IMG/VR virus record: IMGVR_UViG_3300030334_000025 | Source of the DNA: a virus | Strand: one strand, 5' to 3' | Length of the DNA stretch: 46,187 nucleotides | Shown here: positions 16,541 through 24,428 of the stretch, piece after piece | Layout: each line of letters opens with the position of its first letter | Numbering within the stretch: position 1 is the stretch's first letter | The notes under the pieces: generated by a model | Database searches by the model: none | Seen by the model: the letters and a program-made list of their open reading frames with translations, nothing else | What the model was told of the DNA's origin: nothing | Program-made: the position numbers and the translations under genes

Positions 16541-16963
16541 CTATCGACCAGAGCTACCGAATCCACCCGCGCCGCGCTCAGTGTCGTCTAGCTCATCGAC
16601 CTCTACTGAGTCAGTCAGGCAATACGTCACCACAAGCTGCGCAATCCGGTCACCGGGACGGAACTCCACAACGTCTAGGCCGTGGTTAATCAGCGATACA
16701 TGTAGCTCGCCCCGGTAGTCAGCGTCGATGAACCCTGCCAACCGATCAATGCCGCGATTGGCTGCTAGCCCGCTGCGGGGCCATACCATCGCGCAGGTGC
16801 CATGCGGTAACGCCATGGCAATGCCCGTTGGCAATAACATCCGCTGCCCTGGCGGTAGGTCGACGCGCTCAGTGCAGTACAGGTCGAATCCACCACTGCC
16901 GTCAGTGGCGCGCGTTGGGATGGTGGCGTTTTTGGTTAGTCGTTTAAACTGAATGGCGCTCAT
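16541..16963 (-). CDS. dut: dUTP pyrophosphatase (dUTPase)
   Basis: Conserved dUTPase motifs: GSGGFDLY, PRSGLA, IDADYRGEL and C-terminal RGAGGFGSSG. Confidence 0.92.
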   Translation of the reverse strand: MSAIQFKRLTKNATIPTRATDGSGGFDLYCTERVDLPPGQRMLLPTGIAMALPHGTCAMVWPRSGLAANRGIDRLAGFIDADYRGELHVSLINHGLDVVEFRPGDRIAQLVVTYCLTDSVEVDELDDTERGAGGFGSSGR

Positions 16964-16972
16964 GGTTTTTCC

Positions 16973-17134
16973 TCAATGAACAGTATCGGTCTTTTCATCA
17001 TCCTGCATCGGTACGGTATGGCCCAGCTCGTCAAGAAATGCAAGCACTTCTCCTGCATCGCCCTTTAGCTCGGTTGTGTCAGTAACCGCGCGGTCGTCAA
17101 TGCGCTGCGTTTTTGTGATTTTTACGGTAATCAT
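16973..17134 (-). CDS. Acidic hypothetical protein, 53 aa, absent from the ORF track
   Basis: ATGA overlap with the upstream gene (MITVKITKTQRIDD...). It ends 9 nt before the dut start. Confidence 0.5.
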   Translation of the reverse strand: MITVKITKTQRIDDRAVTDTTELKGDAGEVLAFLDELGHTVPMQDDEKTDTVH

Positions 17135-17469
17135 TTTCGCTTCCTCCGATTAACCCTATCAATCGTAGACTTGGCGGCCTCTTTTTGCCGAGCGCTGGCA
17201 CCAGTAGGGAACCGTATATCCCACTTTCGGCACCAGTGGCCTAGCGTGTCCTTTTTGATACCCCATTCACGCGCTAAGTCAGCGCAGGTATAGCCCGTTT
17301 GTGGTGCTGCTTTGGCTGCCGCTGCCAGTATTTCGCGCAACGGCTGGCCTTCCTGTTCTTCAATTGCCCGCATCCAGCGCGGGCAGTGTTTGGGTAGCGT
17401 GTGCGCCTGTTCGTGGTCGTAGCCAGCGGCTAGGCGTTTGTAGTATGTGCTTTGGTGCATGTTAGCCAC
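17131..17469 (-). CDS. Helix-turn-helix DNA-binding protein
   Basis: YTCADLAREWGIKKDTLGHWCRKW is HTH-like. The C-terminus is basic. It overlaps the 3' end of the SNF2 gene. Confidence 0.55.
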   Translation of the reverse strand: MANMHQSTYYKRLAAGYDHEQAHTLPKHCPRWMRAIEEQEGQPLREILAAAAKAAPQTGYTCADLAREWGIKKDTLGHWCRKWDIRFPTGASARQKEAAKSTIDRVNRRKRK

Positions 17470-18836
17470 TCCGGTATGTGCATATCAACGCTGGGCAGGT
17501 AGTCGGTTTTTTCCGCCTTACTGCCGAACACTTCGGCCTGCATAAACGCTTTCATGTGCGTCATCATCGCCGAGCTTAGCTCTTCATGCTGTGCGTCTTT
17601 GCGTCGGATGTTTTCGACCACCAGGCCTTCAACGTCCGCGCTGACAATGTGGCACTGAACGGCGTGCTTTTGACCAAAGCGCCATTGGCGGCGAATCGCT
17701 TGATAGTACGATTCCCAGCTATCGGATAGTCCGACAAACACACAATTGTAAGTTGACTGCCAGTTCATGCCGAATCCTGCGATTTTTGGCTTACTGACCA
17801 GGCATTTAATCTTGCCATCCGCGAACGCTAACAGTGACTCGCTTTTGTGCTGGTCTTTATCGCTGCCCTTCACTTCAACCGCGCCATCAATTAGCTTTGT
17901 GAGCAATTCGGACTCAGCATTCAGGTTGCACCATACCACGCATGGCGCATCCATCCCATTGACAATATCGGCGGCGCGCTGGCAGCGCTGTTCGACCGTT
18001 TCGCGCCGTGCCGTGTTGCGCTCTTGCAATGACTGCGCAGGCTCTACAAACAGTCCGTCGGTCGCCTGCGTTTCAATCGTATGCTGATAATAGTCGACTG
18101 GCGGCAGGTCGTACCCATCAGCATCAAAACCCATATCGGCAGGGCTGCGCAGGAATACGCACCACGTCGATAGCCACTTCCAAAACTTCGCTTTGCCGTG
18201 ATGCTTTAGCCGCCAATCGCCAGTTCCTCCACCCGTGTCGTGGATGAAAAACATGGCCAGCATTTCTGTCTGACTCATGATGCCCAGAAACTCAGACTGC
18301 GTACCCAGCTCCATAAAATCGTTAGGGCTTGGAGTCGCGGTGCATGAAAGACGATAAGGCGTTGCGCCAAATGCGTCGGTAATTTGCTGACGCACTTTGC
18401 CCATCATGCCCTTGAGAATACTGGATTCGTCTAGCACCACGCCCGCGAAAATTGACGTATCGAAATGATGCAGCTTTTCATAGTTCGTGATGTAGATTCC
18501 CGGATCGCCAATGGCGTCGCCATTTTCAACAAACATAGCGACCATGCCAAACTTCACGGCTTCGCGTTCAGTCTGTTTTGCAACGGCTAGCGGCGTCAGT
18601 ATCAGCACGTAGCCATTGTCTTTGGCTTGCACCTGCTGCGCCCATGCTAGCTGCGTGATGGTCTTGCCTAGCCCGGTATCAAAGAACACGCCAGCACGTC
18701 CCTTACGACAAGCCCATGCCGCTACCGATTGCTGGTGATGGAACATATCAGCGGGCCATAGCGCATCGTTAGGCTCAAATCCAACAGGGATAGTTTTCAG
18801 TTCTTTTGACTCGATAAAATCCTGATAGCTGCTCAT
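17430..18836 (-). CDS. SNF2-family (SF2) helicase
   Basis: Motif I DTGLGKT and motif II DESSILK, with C-terminal helicase-domain architecture. ATGA-coupled to the methyltransferase gene. Confidence 0.85.
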   Translation of the reverse strand: MSSYQDFIESKELKTIPVGFEPNDALWPADMFHHQQSVAAWACRKGRAGVFFDTGLGKTITQLAWAQQVQAKDNGYVLILTPLAVAKQTEREAVKFGMVAMFVENGDAIGDPGIYITNYEKLHHFDTSIFAGVVLDESSILKGMMGKVRQQITDAFGATPYRLSCTATPSPNDFMELGTQSEFLGIMSQTEMLAMFFIHDTGGGTGDWRLKHHGKAKFWKWLSTWCVFLRSPADMGFDADGYDLPPVDYYQHTIETQATDGLFVEPAQSLQERNTARRETVEQRCQRAADIVNGMDAPCVVWCNLNAESELLTKLIDGAVEVKGSDKDQHKSESLLAFADGKIKCLVSKPKIAGFGMNWQSTYNCVFVGLSDSWESYYQAIRRQWRFGQKHAVQCHIVSADVEGLVVENIRRKDAQHEELSSAMMTHMKAFMQAEVFGSKAEKTDYLPSVDMHIPEWLTCTKAHTTNA

Positions 18837-19837
18837 ACCGCACCCCCGCCAAATAGGTCGTCTTGACCCTTGCCTGCTTGCTCAAGATTGCGCAGCGCTA
18901 GCTTGTAGTAGGACTCTTTCAGTTCGGCACCTATAAACTTGCGACCCATGCGGATGGATACATAGCCTTCGCTGCCAATACCCGCAAACGGACTCCATAC
19001 GGTATCGCCGGGCATTGACCATAGTTGCAGGCAGCGCTCAATAACACCCAACTGCAACGGGCAAATGTGGCGTTCATCGTCGCTGGCGCGACCTTCGCGG
19101 AAATTGAGCGTATCGCCTTGGTCAATATCCATCCATACCGGGCTGGCATATCGCTGCCAAATGTCAATAGGCGTGTTGTGGTCTGCGTGTGGCACGTAAG
19201 CGCAGCGGTTATCGTCATATTCAATTTGCTTGAATCCAGCGGGCGGCGCATCGCCAGTGTAGTGCGTCAACGCGCCTTCAATCGGCACTTCGTTTTGTCC
19301 GGGCTTGCGCATGATGACCATGGTGTCAGGGATACCTTGGCGGCTCATGCTGCTATCTTTCTTAATGGTCTTGTGAAGCAGTCCCATAGCTTTGGTGCGC
19401 TGCATTGCCGTTACAGGGTCTTTCCAAATGACGACTTCGGAATGATAGATAAACCCGGCATCTTGATAAGCGCGGATGATCTCGCCACGGAAGTCGCGGA
19501 TGCCAATGTAGCCGTCGTTCACTTTGCTGGTGGGCAGGTTCATGCAATGAATAGCTACCAAACGCCCCGGCATCATAACGCGGAACTGCTCGGCAATCAG
19601 ATATTGATATTGCTGCCAAAACTCGCTGCTGTTTTTGGCGTTGCCCATGTCGCGGTCGGAGTTGGAATATGTGAACAACGTCTCAAAAGGAGGACTAAAA
19701 CAGGAAAATCCAACGCTATCAGATGGTAAGTGCTGCGCCACTTCTACAGTATCAGCGTGGTACAGAGCGTACTGCTCTGTGATTTTTTGGTCTATTACTT
19801 TCATGTGCTTATCCAGTGGTGTCGTGTTGCGTCTCAA
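18833..19837 (-). CDS. DNA N6-adenine/N4-cytosine methyltransferase, beta-class motif order
   Basis: Catalytic SPPF (FSCFSPPFETL) precedes the AdoMet motif (VWSPFAGIGSEG). TTG 19837 has a GAGGTGG RBS. ATG 19804 is the alternative start if transcription begins at E5. Confidence 0.85.
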   Translation of the reverse strand: MRRNTTPLDKHMKVIDQKITEQYALYHADTVEVAQHLPSDSVGFSCFSPPFETLFTYSNSDRDMGNAKNSSEFWQQYQYLIAEQFRVMMPGRLVAIHCMNLPTSKVNDGYIGIRDFRGEIIRAYQDAGFIYHSEVVIWKDPVTAMQRTKAMGLLHKTIKKDSSMSRQGIPDTMVIMRKPGQNEVPIEGALTHYTGDAPPAGFKQIEYDDNRCAYVPHADHNTPIDIWQRYASPVWMDIDQGDTLNFREGRASDDERHICPLQLGVIERCLQLWSMPGDTVWSPFAGIGSEGYVSIRMGRKFIGAELKESYYKLALRNLEQAGKGQDDLFGGGAV

Positions 19838-19905
19838 ATACTGCCACCTCTAGCGCGGGGTGGCTAATTGATTTTGTTTATGGGTTATTGGATTTTGATA
19901 GTTAG
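19838..19905 (-). promoter_or_regulatory. Box-promoter element copy E5 (AACTATCA...AAAATCAATTAGCC-N18-CAGTAT)
   Basis: Minus-strand box ATTAGCC (plus strand 19862-19868), an 18-nt spacer, then CAGTAT (19838-19843). It fills the gap between ssb and the methyltransferase gene. Confidence 0.55.
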
Positions 19906-19907
19906 CA

Positions 19908-20312
19908 TCAAAACGGAATCGAGTCATCCATATCGCTAGCCGAAGACTGCGGCGCTGCCTGCTGCGGCTGACTCTGCGCCGCTGGTTGCGCATTTCCACC
20001 GCTTCCGCCTTCCTGCTTACCACCCACCAGATCAACGCTATTGCAACGCAACTGTAAGTACGTTTTTCCTTCATGCTCGCGTGTGGATAGTTCGCCGGAT
20101 ACCGCTACTTGTTGGCCTTTTTTCAGAAACTCAGGCAGCCGGGACTCTGCCTGTTTGCCCCATAGCGCACAGTCGAGCCATAGCGTTTGAGCGCGGTCGC
20201 CATAGCCTGACTTCATAGCAACGCTAAAATTGCATACAGTGGTGCCAGATACTTGGTTGATACGGCAATCGCTGCCCAGGTTGCCTGTGGCGCTTAGTAC
20301 ATTCATGCTCAA
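19908..20312 (-). CDS. ssb: Single-stranded DNA-binding protein
   Basis: OB-fold N-terminus, a G/Q/P-rich linker and the hallmark acidic tail DMDDSIPF. Confidence 0.9.
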   Translation of the reverse strand: MSMNVLSATGNLGSDCRINQVSGTTVCNFSVAMKSGYGDRAQTLWLDCALWGKQAESRLPEFLKKGQQVAVSGELSTREHEGKTYLQLRCNSVDLVGGKQEGGSGGNAQPAAQSQPQQAAPQSSASDMDDSIPF

Positions 20313-20959
20313 ATTCCTTCATGCTTAGTGGGTTGGTTATCAGTGCCCGCTGCGGGCTGCTGGTTTAGTTGCGGCTCATCGGGATGCCCTTCATCCTCGA
20401 TGGGCGCGTTTTGCTCAAGTACCTTGATCTGCTCAGGCGTGAGCTGACCGGTCTTCTGGCATTGCGCAATAACCTGCGGCAGCGTCATCTTTCCGGACTG
20501 CATAGCGTCGATCATGGCTTGTTTAACGGCGTCGAATTTTTCCTGTGGGTACATCGTGGGCTCTACGCTCAGGTGTTCGACCGGAAACGGAATGCGCTTG
20601 CTGCGATTGATCGCGAGCGAGAACATCATGCCCTTCGCCGGAATGTCGCTCATGGCCTTAACCCAAATGCCGCCCACCTCTTTACCTGCGTACATGACAC
20701 TTGGCTCGTACTCAAGGCGCGCATAGCGCCCAATCCATGCGTCTGTTTCGGTGCCCCACGCGCCGCACAAGATGCGGATCATACCTTTGCTGGGCTTCCA
20801 TGGCCGCTGATTGTCGCCATCAAAATACACCCATACTGGCTGTTCGCGGCCTTGTTTGTAATCAACGCCTCTGATTTTGATAATCAACGGCGAACCGATG
20901 ATATCCAGGCTGTTGAGCTGATCGCTCTTCGCTTGCATTGCTTGGCTAATATCGGCCAT
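20309..20959 (-). CDS. Hypothetical protein in the recombination module; possible annealing or mediator partner by position only
   Basis: 216 aa, between the exonuclease and SSB genes and ATGA-coupled. No motif was recognised. Confidence 0.35.
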   Translation of the reverse strand: MADISQAMQAKSDQLNSLDIIGSPLIIKIRGVDYKQGREQPVWVYFDGDNQRPWKPSKGMIRILCGAWGTETDAWIGRYARLEYEPSVMYAGKEVGGIWVKAMSDIPAKGMMFSLAINRSKRIPFPVEHLSVEPTMYPQEKFDAVKQAMIDAMQSGKMTLPQVIAQCQKTGQLTPEQIKVLEQNAPIEDEGHPDEPQLNQQPAAGTDNQPTKHEGI

Positions 20960-20972
20960 GGTCGTTCTCCTG

Positions 20973-21827
20973 TTAGGTTAGCTCTTCGTCTAGCATATCC
21001 ATCATCACCCAGTCCGGCAGGCTGCAAATGTCGCTGTGCAAGCCGTAGGCGGGCCATTCGTTTTTATGCTCTGCCTCGGCATAGGCTAGCAGCGCCTCGC
21101 GGTATTCCTGGTGGCCTTTCATCTTCGCCATGTCATCAAGCGTGTACAGAACGTTGGCGCACGGCGGGTGCTCCTCAATGGCTAGGAACTGGTAGCTATC
21201 TAGCTGCGTACCCATGATTAGCTCAAAAATATGGCGATACATAGCCTCTTGCACGTAATAACGGTATGCAAACACGCTGCGACTGAACGCGCGCTGTCGG
21301 CAATCCTGCGTTTTCTTAACGTCGATAACGCGCTGCGTGTCGGTGATCCAGTCATAACGGCAGCGTAGCAATACGCCAGTTTCGGGGTCTTCAGCAAACG
21401 CCGATAGCTCTGCATGGCCGGGTTCGCTGAGGATGGCGTTCGCGTCTGGATTGTTGCGCACGGATTCTACCATCACGTCAACAGATGCGCCTTCGTTGTC
21501 AGTCAGCGTGGCATGGTCTCCATAGATTTTTTTGGCCTGCTGGTATTCATACTTGCGGCGGTCATTTATGCCCTTAATGGTCATGTATTCAGATGCGTAG
21601 CGTTCCGGCTCAAGTAATGCCGTGTGAAACGCGGTGCCAATATCCATCGCTCGCGTGGATTTAAAACCGCTACGGTAGGCGTAGTGTGCCGGGCTGCGTG
21701 CGACCAGTGACAGGCCGCTGTTGCTGATGCCTGGATATTGGTGGTAGGCGGCGTTCGGCATGTTGCGCACAAAGACGCCCCGGCGTGCTAGCTCTGGCGT
21801 TAGGTCTGAGTAGTTGATGATGTGCAT
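20973..21827 (-). CDS. PD-(D/E)XK family exonuclease, RecE/DUF3799-like
   Basis: N-terminal NAAYHQYPGISNSGL and a core RYDW...IDVKKT (D...D/ExK). It sits next to SSB. Confidence 0.7.
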   Translation of the reverse strand: MHIINYSDLTPELARRGVFVRNMPNAAYHQYPGISNSGLSLVARSPAHYAYRSGFKSTRAMDIGTAFHTALLEPERYASEYMTIKGINDRRKYEYQQAKKIYGDHATLTDNEGASVDVMVESVRNNPDANAILSEPGHAELSAFAEDPETGVLLRCRYDWITDTQRVIDVKKTQDCRQRAFSRSVFAYRYYVQEAMYRHIFELIMGTQLDSYQFLAIEEHPPCANVLYTLDDMAKMKGHQEYREALLAYAEAEHKNEWPAYGLHSDICSLPDWVMMDMLDEELT

Positions 21828-22021
21828 TATTTATCCCACTCCAAATCTACAATAGCGTTGTTGATTTCATTTATCTGGTCATTGATATAGTCAAGCAATC
21901 CACTAGATTCATCCTGTGTCATTGATAATTCTTGATGCGTTGCTTTGTCCGCAATACAGCGCTCAAGAATGTTAGAAATATCTTCTAGTTCTTCAAGCAG
22001 GCTTAGTATGCGTTGCTTCAT
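21827..22021 (-). CDS. Acidic coiled-coil hypothetical protein, 64 aa; first gene of the leftward arm
   Basis: AAGGAG lies 6 nt before ATG 22021 (MKQRILSLLEELEDI...). The track's 175-aa version extends across the promoter region and the opposing Cro-like gene. Confidence 0.6.
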   Translation of the reverse strand: MKQRILSLLEELEDISNILERCIADKATHQELSMTQDESSGLLDYINDQINEINNAIVDLEWDK

Positions 22022-22051
22022 GCTGCTCTCCTTTGCCATGTGTTTTATCGG

Positions 22052-22081
22052 TTGACGCCCACAAACTATAGGGGCTACACT
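22052..22081 (+). promoter_or_regulatory. Rightward early promoter: TTGACG-18-TACACT, interdigitated with the leftward promoter
   Basis: TTGACG at 22052-22057 and TACACT at 22076-22081. Each promoter's -10 lies inside the other's spacer. Confidence 0.65.
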
Positions 22082-22093
22082 TTGCGATGTCAA
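22065..22093 (-). promoter_or_regulatory. Leftward early promoter: TTGACA-17-TATAGT
   Basis: On the minus strand, TTGACA is at 22093-22088 and TATAGT at 22070-22065, with an exact 17-nt spacer. This is a near-consensus sigma70 promoter. Confidence 0.75.
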
Positions 22094-22115
22094 ACACAAA
22101 ATTGGAGCGCAACAA

Positions 22116-22295
22116 ATGAAGCTAATCGACCAGTTAGTTACCCGTATGCAGGGAAAAAACCTATCTGAAATTGCCCGCCGTGCCCATGTGGCGCGTGACC
22201 ATGTGACGGATATTGCCGCCGGGCGCGTGCATAACATGAAGGTGGTGACGTATGAAAAGCTGAGTGCTGCGCTGGATGAAATGGAGGCGCGGTAA
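22116..22295 (+). CDS. Cro/XRE-like helix-turn-helix regulator, 59 aa, absent from the ORF track
   Basis: GGAG lies 8 nt before the ATG. The HTH is NLSEIARRAHVARDHVTDIAAGR. It is the first gene of the rightward early arm. Confidence 0.7.
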   Translation: MKLIDQLVTRMQGKNLSEIARRAHVARDHVTDIAAGRVHNMKVVTYEKLSAALDEMEAR

Positions 22296-22297
22296 GA

Positions 22298-23794
22298 ATG
22301 AAAAACTTCACCCTTTTTGAGGATCAAAACGAGTTTGTTGATAACCTTCGTCATGCTTTGCGCGAGGGGTTCAGGTCAATACTTGGTGTTGCGTCACCTG
22401 CCTTTGGCAAGACTGTTGTGGCGGGATACATAACCTCTGAGGCCAAGAAAAAAACAGGCGGTAGCGTTTGGTTTTTGGTGCATCGAAAAAACCTGCTGCG
22501 CCAAACAAGCCAGAGCTTTTGGAAAGCTGGCATTGAGCACGGTTTAATTACCAGCGGCAAGCGCAGAAGCGAGCTACCTGTTCAGGTCGGCACCATTGGC
22601 ACCGTGCATTCGCGCTACGCTAGCATGAAGGCACCAACGATATTGTTTATTGACGAGGCGCACCTGGGTAAGGGCCGGATGTTTGAGACGGTTATCACAT
22701 GGGCAATTGAGCAAGGCTCAATAGTCATAGGTTTAACTGGCACCCCTCAGCGCCTAGATGGTAAGCCACTCGATATTTTCCAAAAAATGATTGAGGCAAA
22801 ATCAACGCGATGGCTGATAGATCAAGGCCGTTTGTCAAGATATGAAATTTACAGCACTCCCAACCTGCCGGACATTTCAACCGTCAGGAAGTCAGGCGGC
22901 GATTTAAACCGTGAAGACTTGGCAGCGGTAATGGATACCAAGACCATCGTTGGTGACGCCATCGGTCACTGGCGAAAATATGCCAACGGCATGATAACTG
23001 TCTGCTACTGCGTGAATGTTGCGCACAGCAAGCATACAGCGGCAGCTTTCAATGCGGCGGGCATAGCTGCCGTACACGTTGACGCCGACACCACCACAGC
23101 CGAGCTAAAAGATGCATGCGAAGGGCTTGCAGACGGTCGCTACAAAACCCTGTGTAACTGCGAATTGGTAATTGAAGGTTTCGACCTCAGTGCGCAAGTG
23201 GGCAGGGACATTACTCTAGAGTGTTGCATACTGCTCAGGCCTACTGAATCATTAGCGCGCTATCTGCAAATGGTGTTCAGGGCACTACGAAAAAAGAACC
23301 GCCCCGCCGTTATCCTTGACCATGCTGGATGTGTATGGAAGCACGGACTACCCGACGACGACCGCGAATGGAGCCTAGAAGGCCGCAAAAAAGGCAAGCG
23401 CAAAAAAGACGAAGACGAACAGCCAGATTTACAAATTCAACAGTGCATGAATTGTTACCACGTATTCAAAGCGGGGCCGGATTGTTGCCCATCGTGTGGC
23501 GAGCCACTACCACGCAAAGCACGCGCAGAAATTGAAGTGGTCGACGGCGAACTAGAAAAAATCGACGTGGCGCAAATTCGCCGGGAGCGCAAACGGGAAC
23601 AGGGGCAGGCGCGCACGTTGCGGGAGCTGATAGAGTTGGGATTGCGGCGCGGCATGAATAAGCCCTCGCAGTGGGCAGCTATCACGCTGTCAGCCAGGGC
23701 AGGACGCAAGCCCACGGCGAAGGATTTTGCCGAGGCTAAGCGTGTGATGCTGGAGATTCAACAGGGTGGTAGTAGTGAAGAGGAGGCGTTTTGA
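22298..23794 (+). CDS. DEAD/DEAH-box SF2 helicase with a C-terminal zinc ribbon
   Basis: Motif I SPAFGKT, motif II IDEAH, motif III TGTPQR. The zinc ribbon is CMNCYHVFKAGPDCCPSCGE. Confidence 0.85.
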   Translation: MKNFTLFEDQNEFVDNLRHALREGFRSILGVASPAFGKTVVAGYITSEAKKKTGGSVWFLVHRKNLLRQTSQSFWKAGIEHGLITSGKRRSELPVQVGTIGTVHSRYASMKAPTILFIDEAHLGKGRMFETVITWAIEQGSIVIGLTGTPQRLDGKPLDIFQKMIEAKSTRWLIDQGRLSRYEIYSTPNLPDISTVRKSGGDLNREDLAAVMDTKTIVGDAIGHWRKYANGMITVCYCVNVAHSKHTAAAFNAAGIAAVHVDADTTTAELKDACEGLADGRYKTLCNCELVIEGFDLSAQVGRDITLECCILLRPTESLARYLQMVFRALRKKNRPAVILDHAGCVWKHGLPDDDREWSLEGRKKGKRKKDEDEQPDLQIQQCMNCYHVFKAGPDCCPSCGEPLPRKARAEIEVVDGELEKIDVAQIRRERKREQGQARTLRELIELGLRRGMNKPSQWAAITLSARAGRKPTAKDFAEAKRVMLEIQQGGSSEEEAF

Positions 23795-24063
23795 TGGACG
23801 GTAAAATCCAGCAGGAAATAACACCATCCGACCCCGTGCCCGGAAAATACATGCTACTCCGTCACGGTGGCACCAAAAAACCAGTGGCCTATTGCACCGT
23901 GCCCGTGCCGTATGCGTTTAAAACGATGGTCGAGGGTTTTTCAGAGCCTGAGCATTGCCAAGTCAAGGTTGCAGATTGCGACGGCACACGAGAAGCACTG
24001 GCGGCGCTGTTTCGTGATGATGCCGGGTGGCGTGCGCCGAATATCAAACAGGAGGAAAAATGA
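23791..24063 (+). CDS. Hypothetical protein, 90 aa
   Basis: ATGA-coupled at both ends. No motif was recognised. Confidence 0.6.
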   Translation: MMDGKIQQEITPSDPVPGKYMLLRHGGTKKPVAYCTVPVPYAFKTMVEGFSEPEHCQVKVADCDGTREALAALFRDDAGWRAPNIKQEEK

Positions 24064-24428
24064 CACCAGAAGCCAGAATACAACGTGAAGTCATGCTAGC
24101 GCTTTCGCAAGCCGGGTGCCTAGTTTGGCGGCAGAACACTGGGCAGGCATGGCAGGGTAAGCAGCTTCACAAGGCCCGCGACCAGATAACGCTAGGCCAA
24201 TGCCGTCCGGTACATTTTGGATTGTGCAAGGGCAGCTCAGACGTGCTTGGCATCGCCCCCGGCGGCGCGTTTCTAGCAGTAGAAGTCAAAACAAAAACAG
24301 GCCGCATAACACAAGAACAACAAAACTTCATCGTTGCCGTGAACCGTGCAGGCGGGATAGGATTCGTGGCGCGCAGTGCCGATGATGCGCTAACACAACT
24401 AGGAGAGCGGCTGCATGACAATCAATGA
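24060..24428 (+). CDS. VRR-NUC domain nuclease
   Basis: AGGAGG RBS before ATG 24060. IQREVMLAL...GSSDVLGI...FLAVEVKTKTGRITQEQQNF fits the PD-(D/E)XK VRR-NUC pattern. Confidence 0.8.
   Translation: MTPEARIQREVMLALSQAGCLVWRQNTGQAWQGKQLHKARDQITLGQCRPVHFGLCKGSSDVLGIAPGGAFLAVEVKTKTGRITQEQQNFIVAVNRAGGIGFVARSADDALTQLGERLHDNQ

Noticed and set aside
22116-22295. The Cro-like gene as evidence of a temperate lifestyle.
   Set aside because: No integrase, excisionase, CI-type repressor, partition genes or attachment-site-like sequence was found anywhere in the complete genome. Lytic phages also use small HTH regulators at early promoters.
21827-22354. The 175-aa minus-strand ORF from the track.
   Set aside because: Only the last 64 codons (from ATG 22021, which has an AAGGAG RBS) look coding. 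The extension would cross both early promoters and lie antisense to the Cro-like gene and the helicase start.
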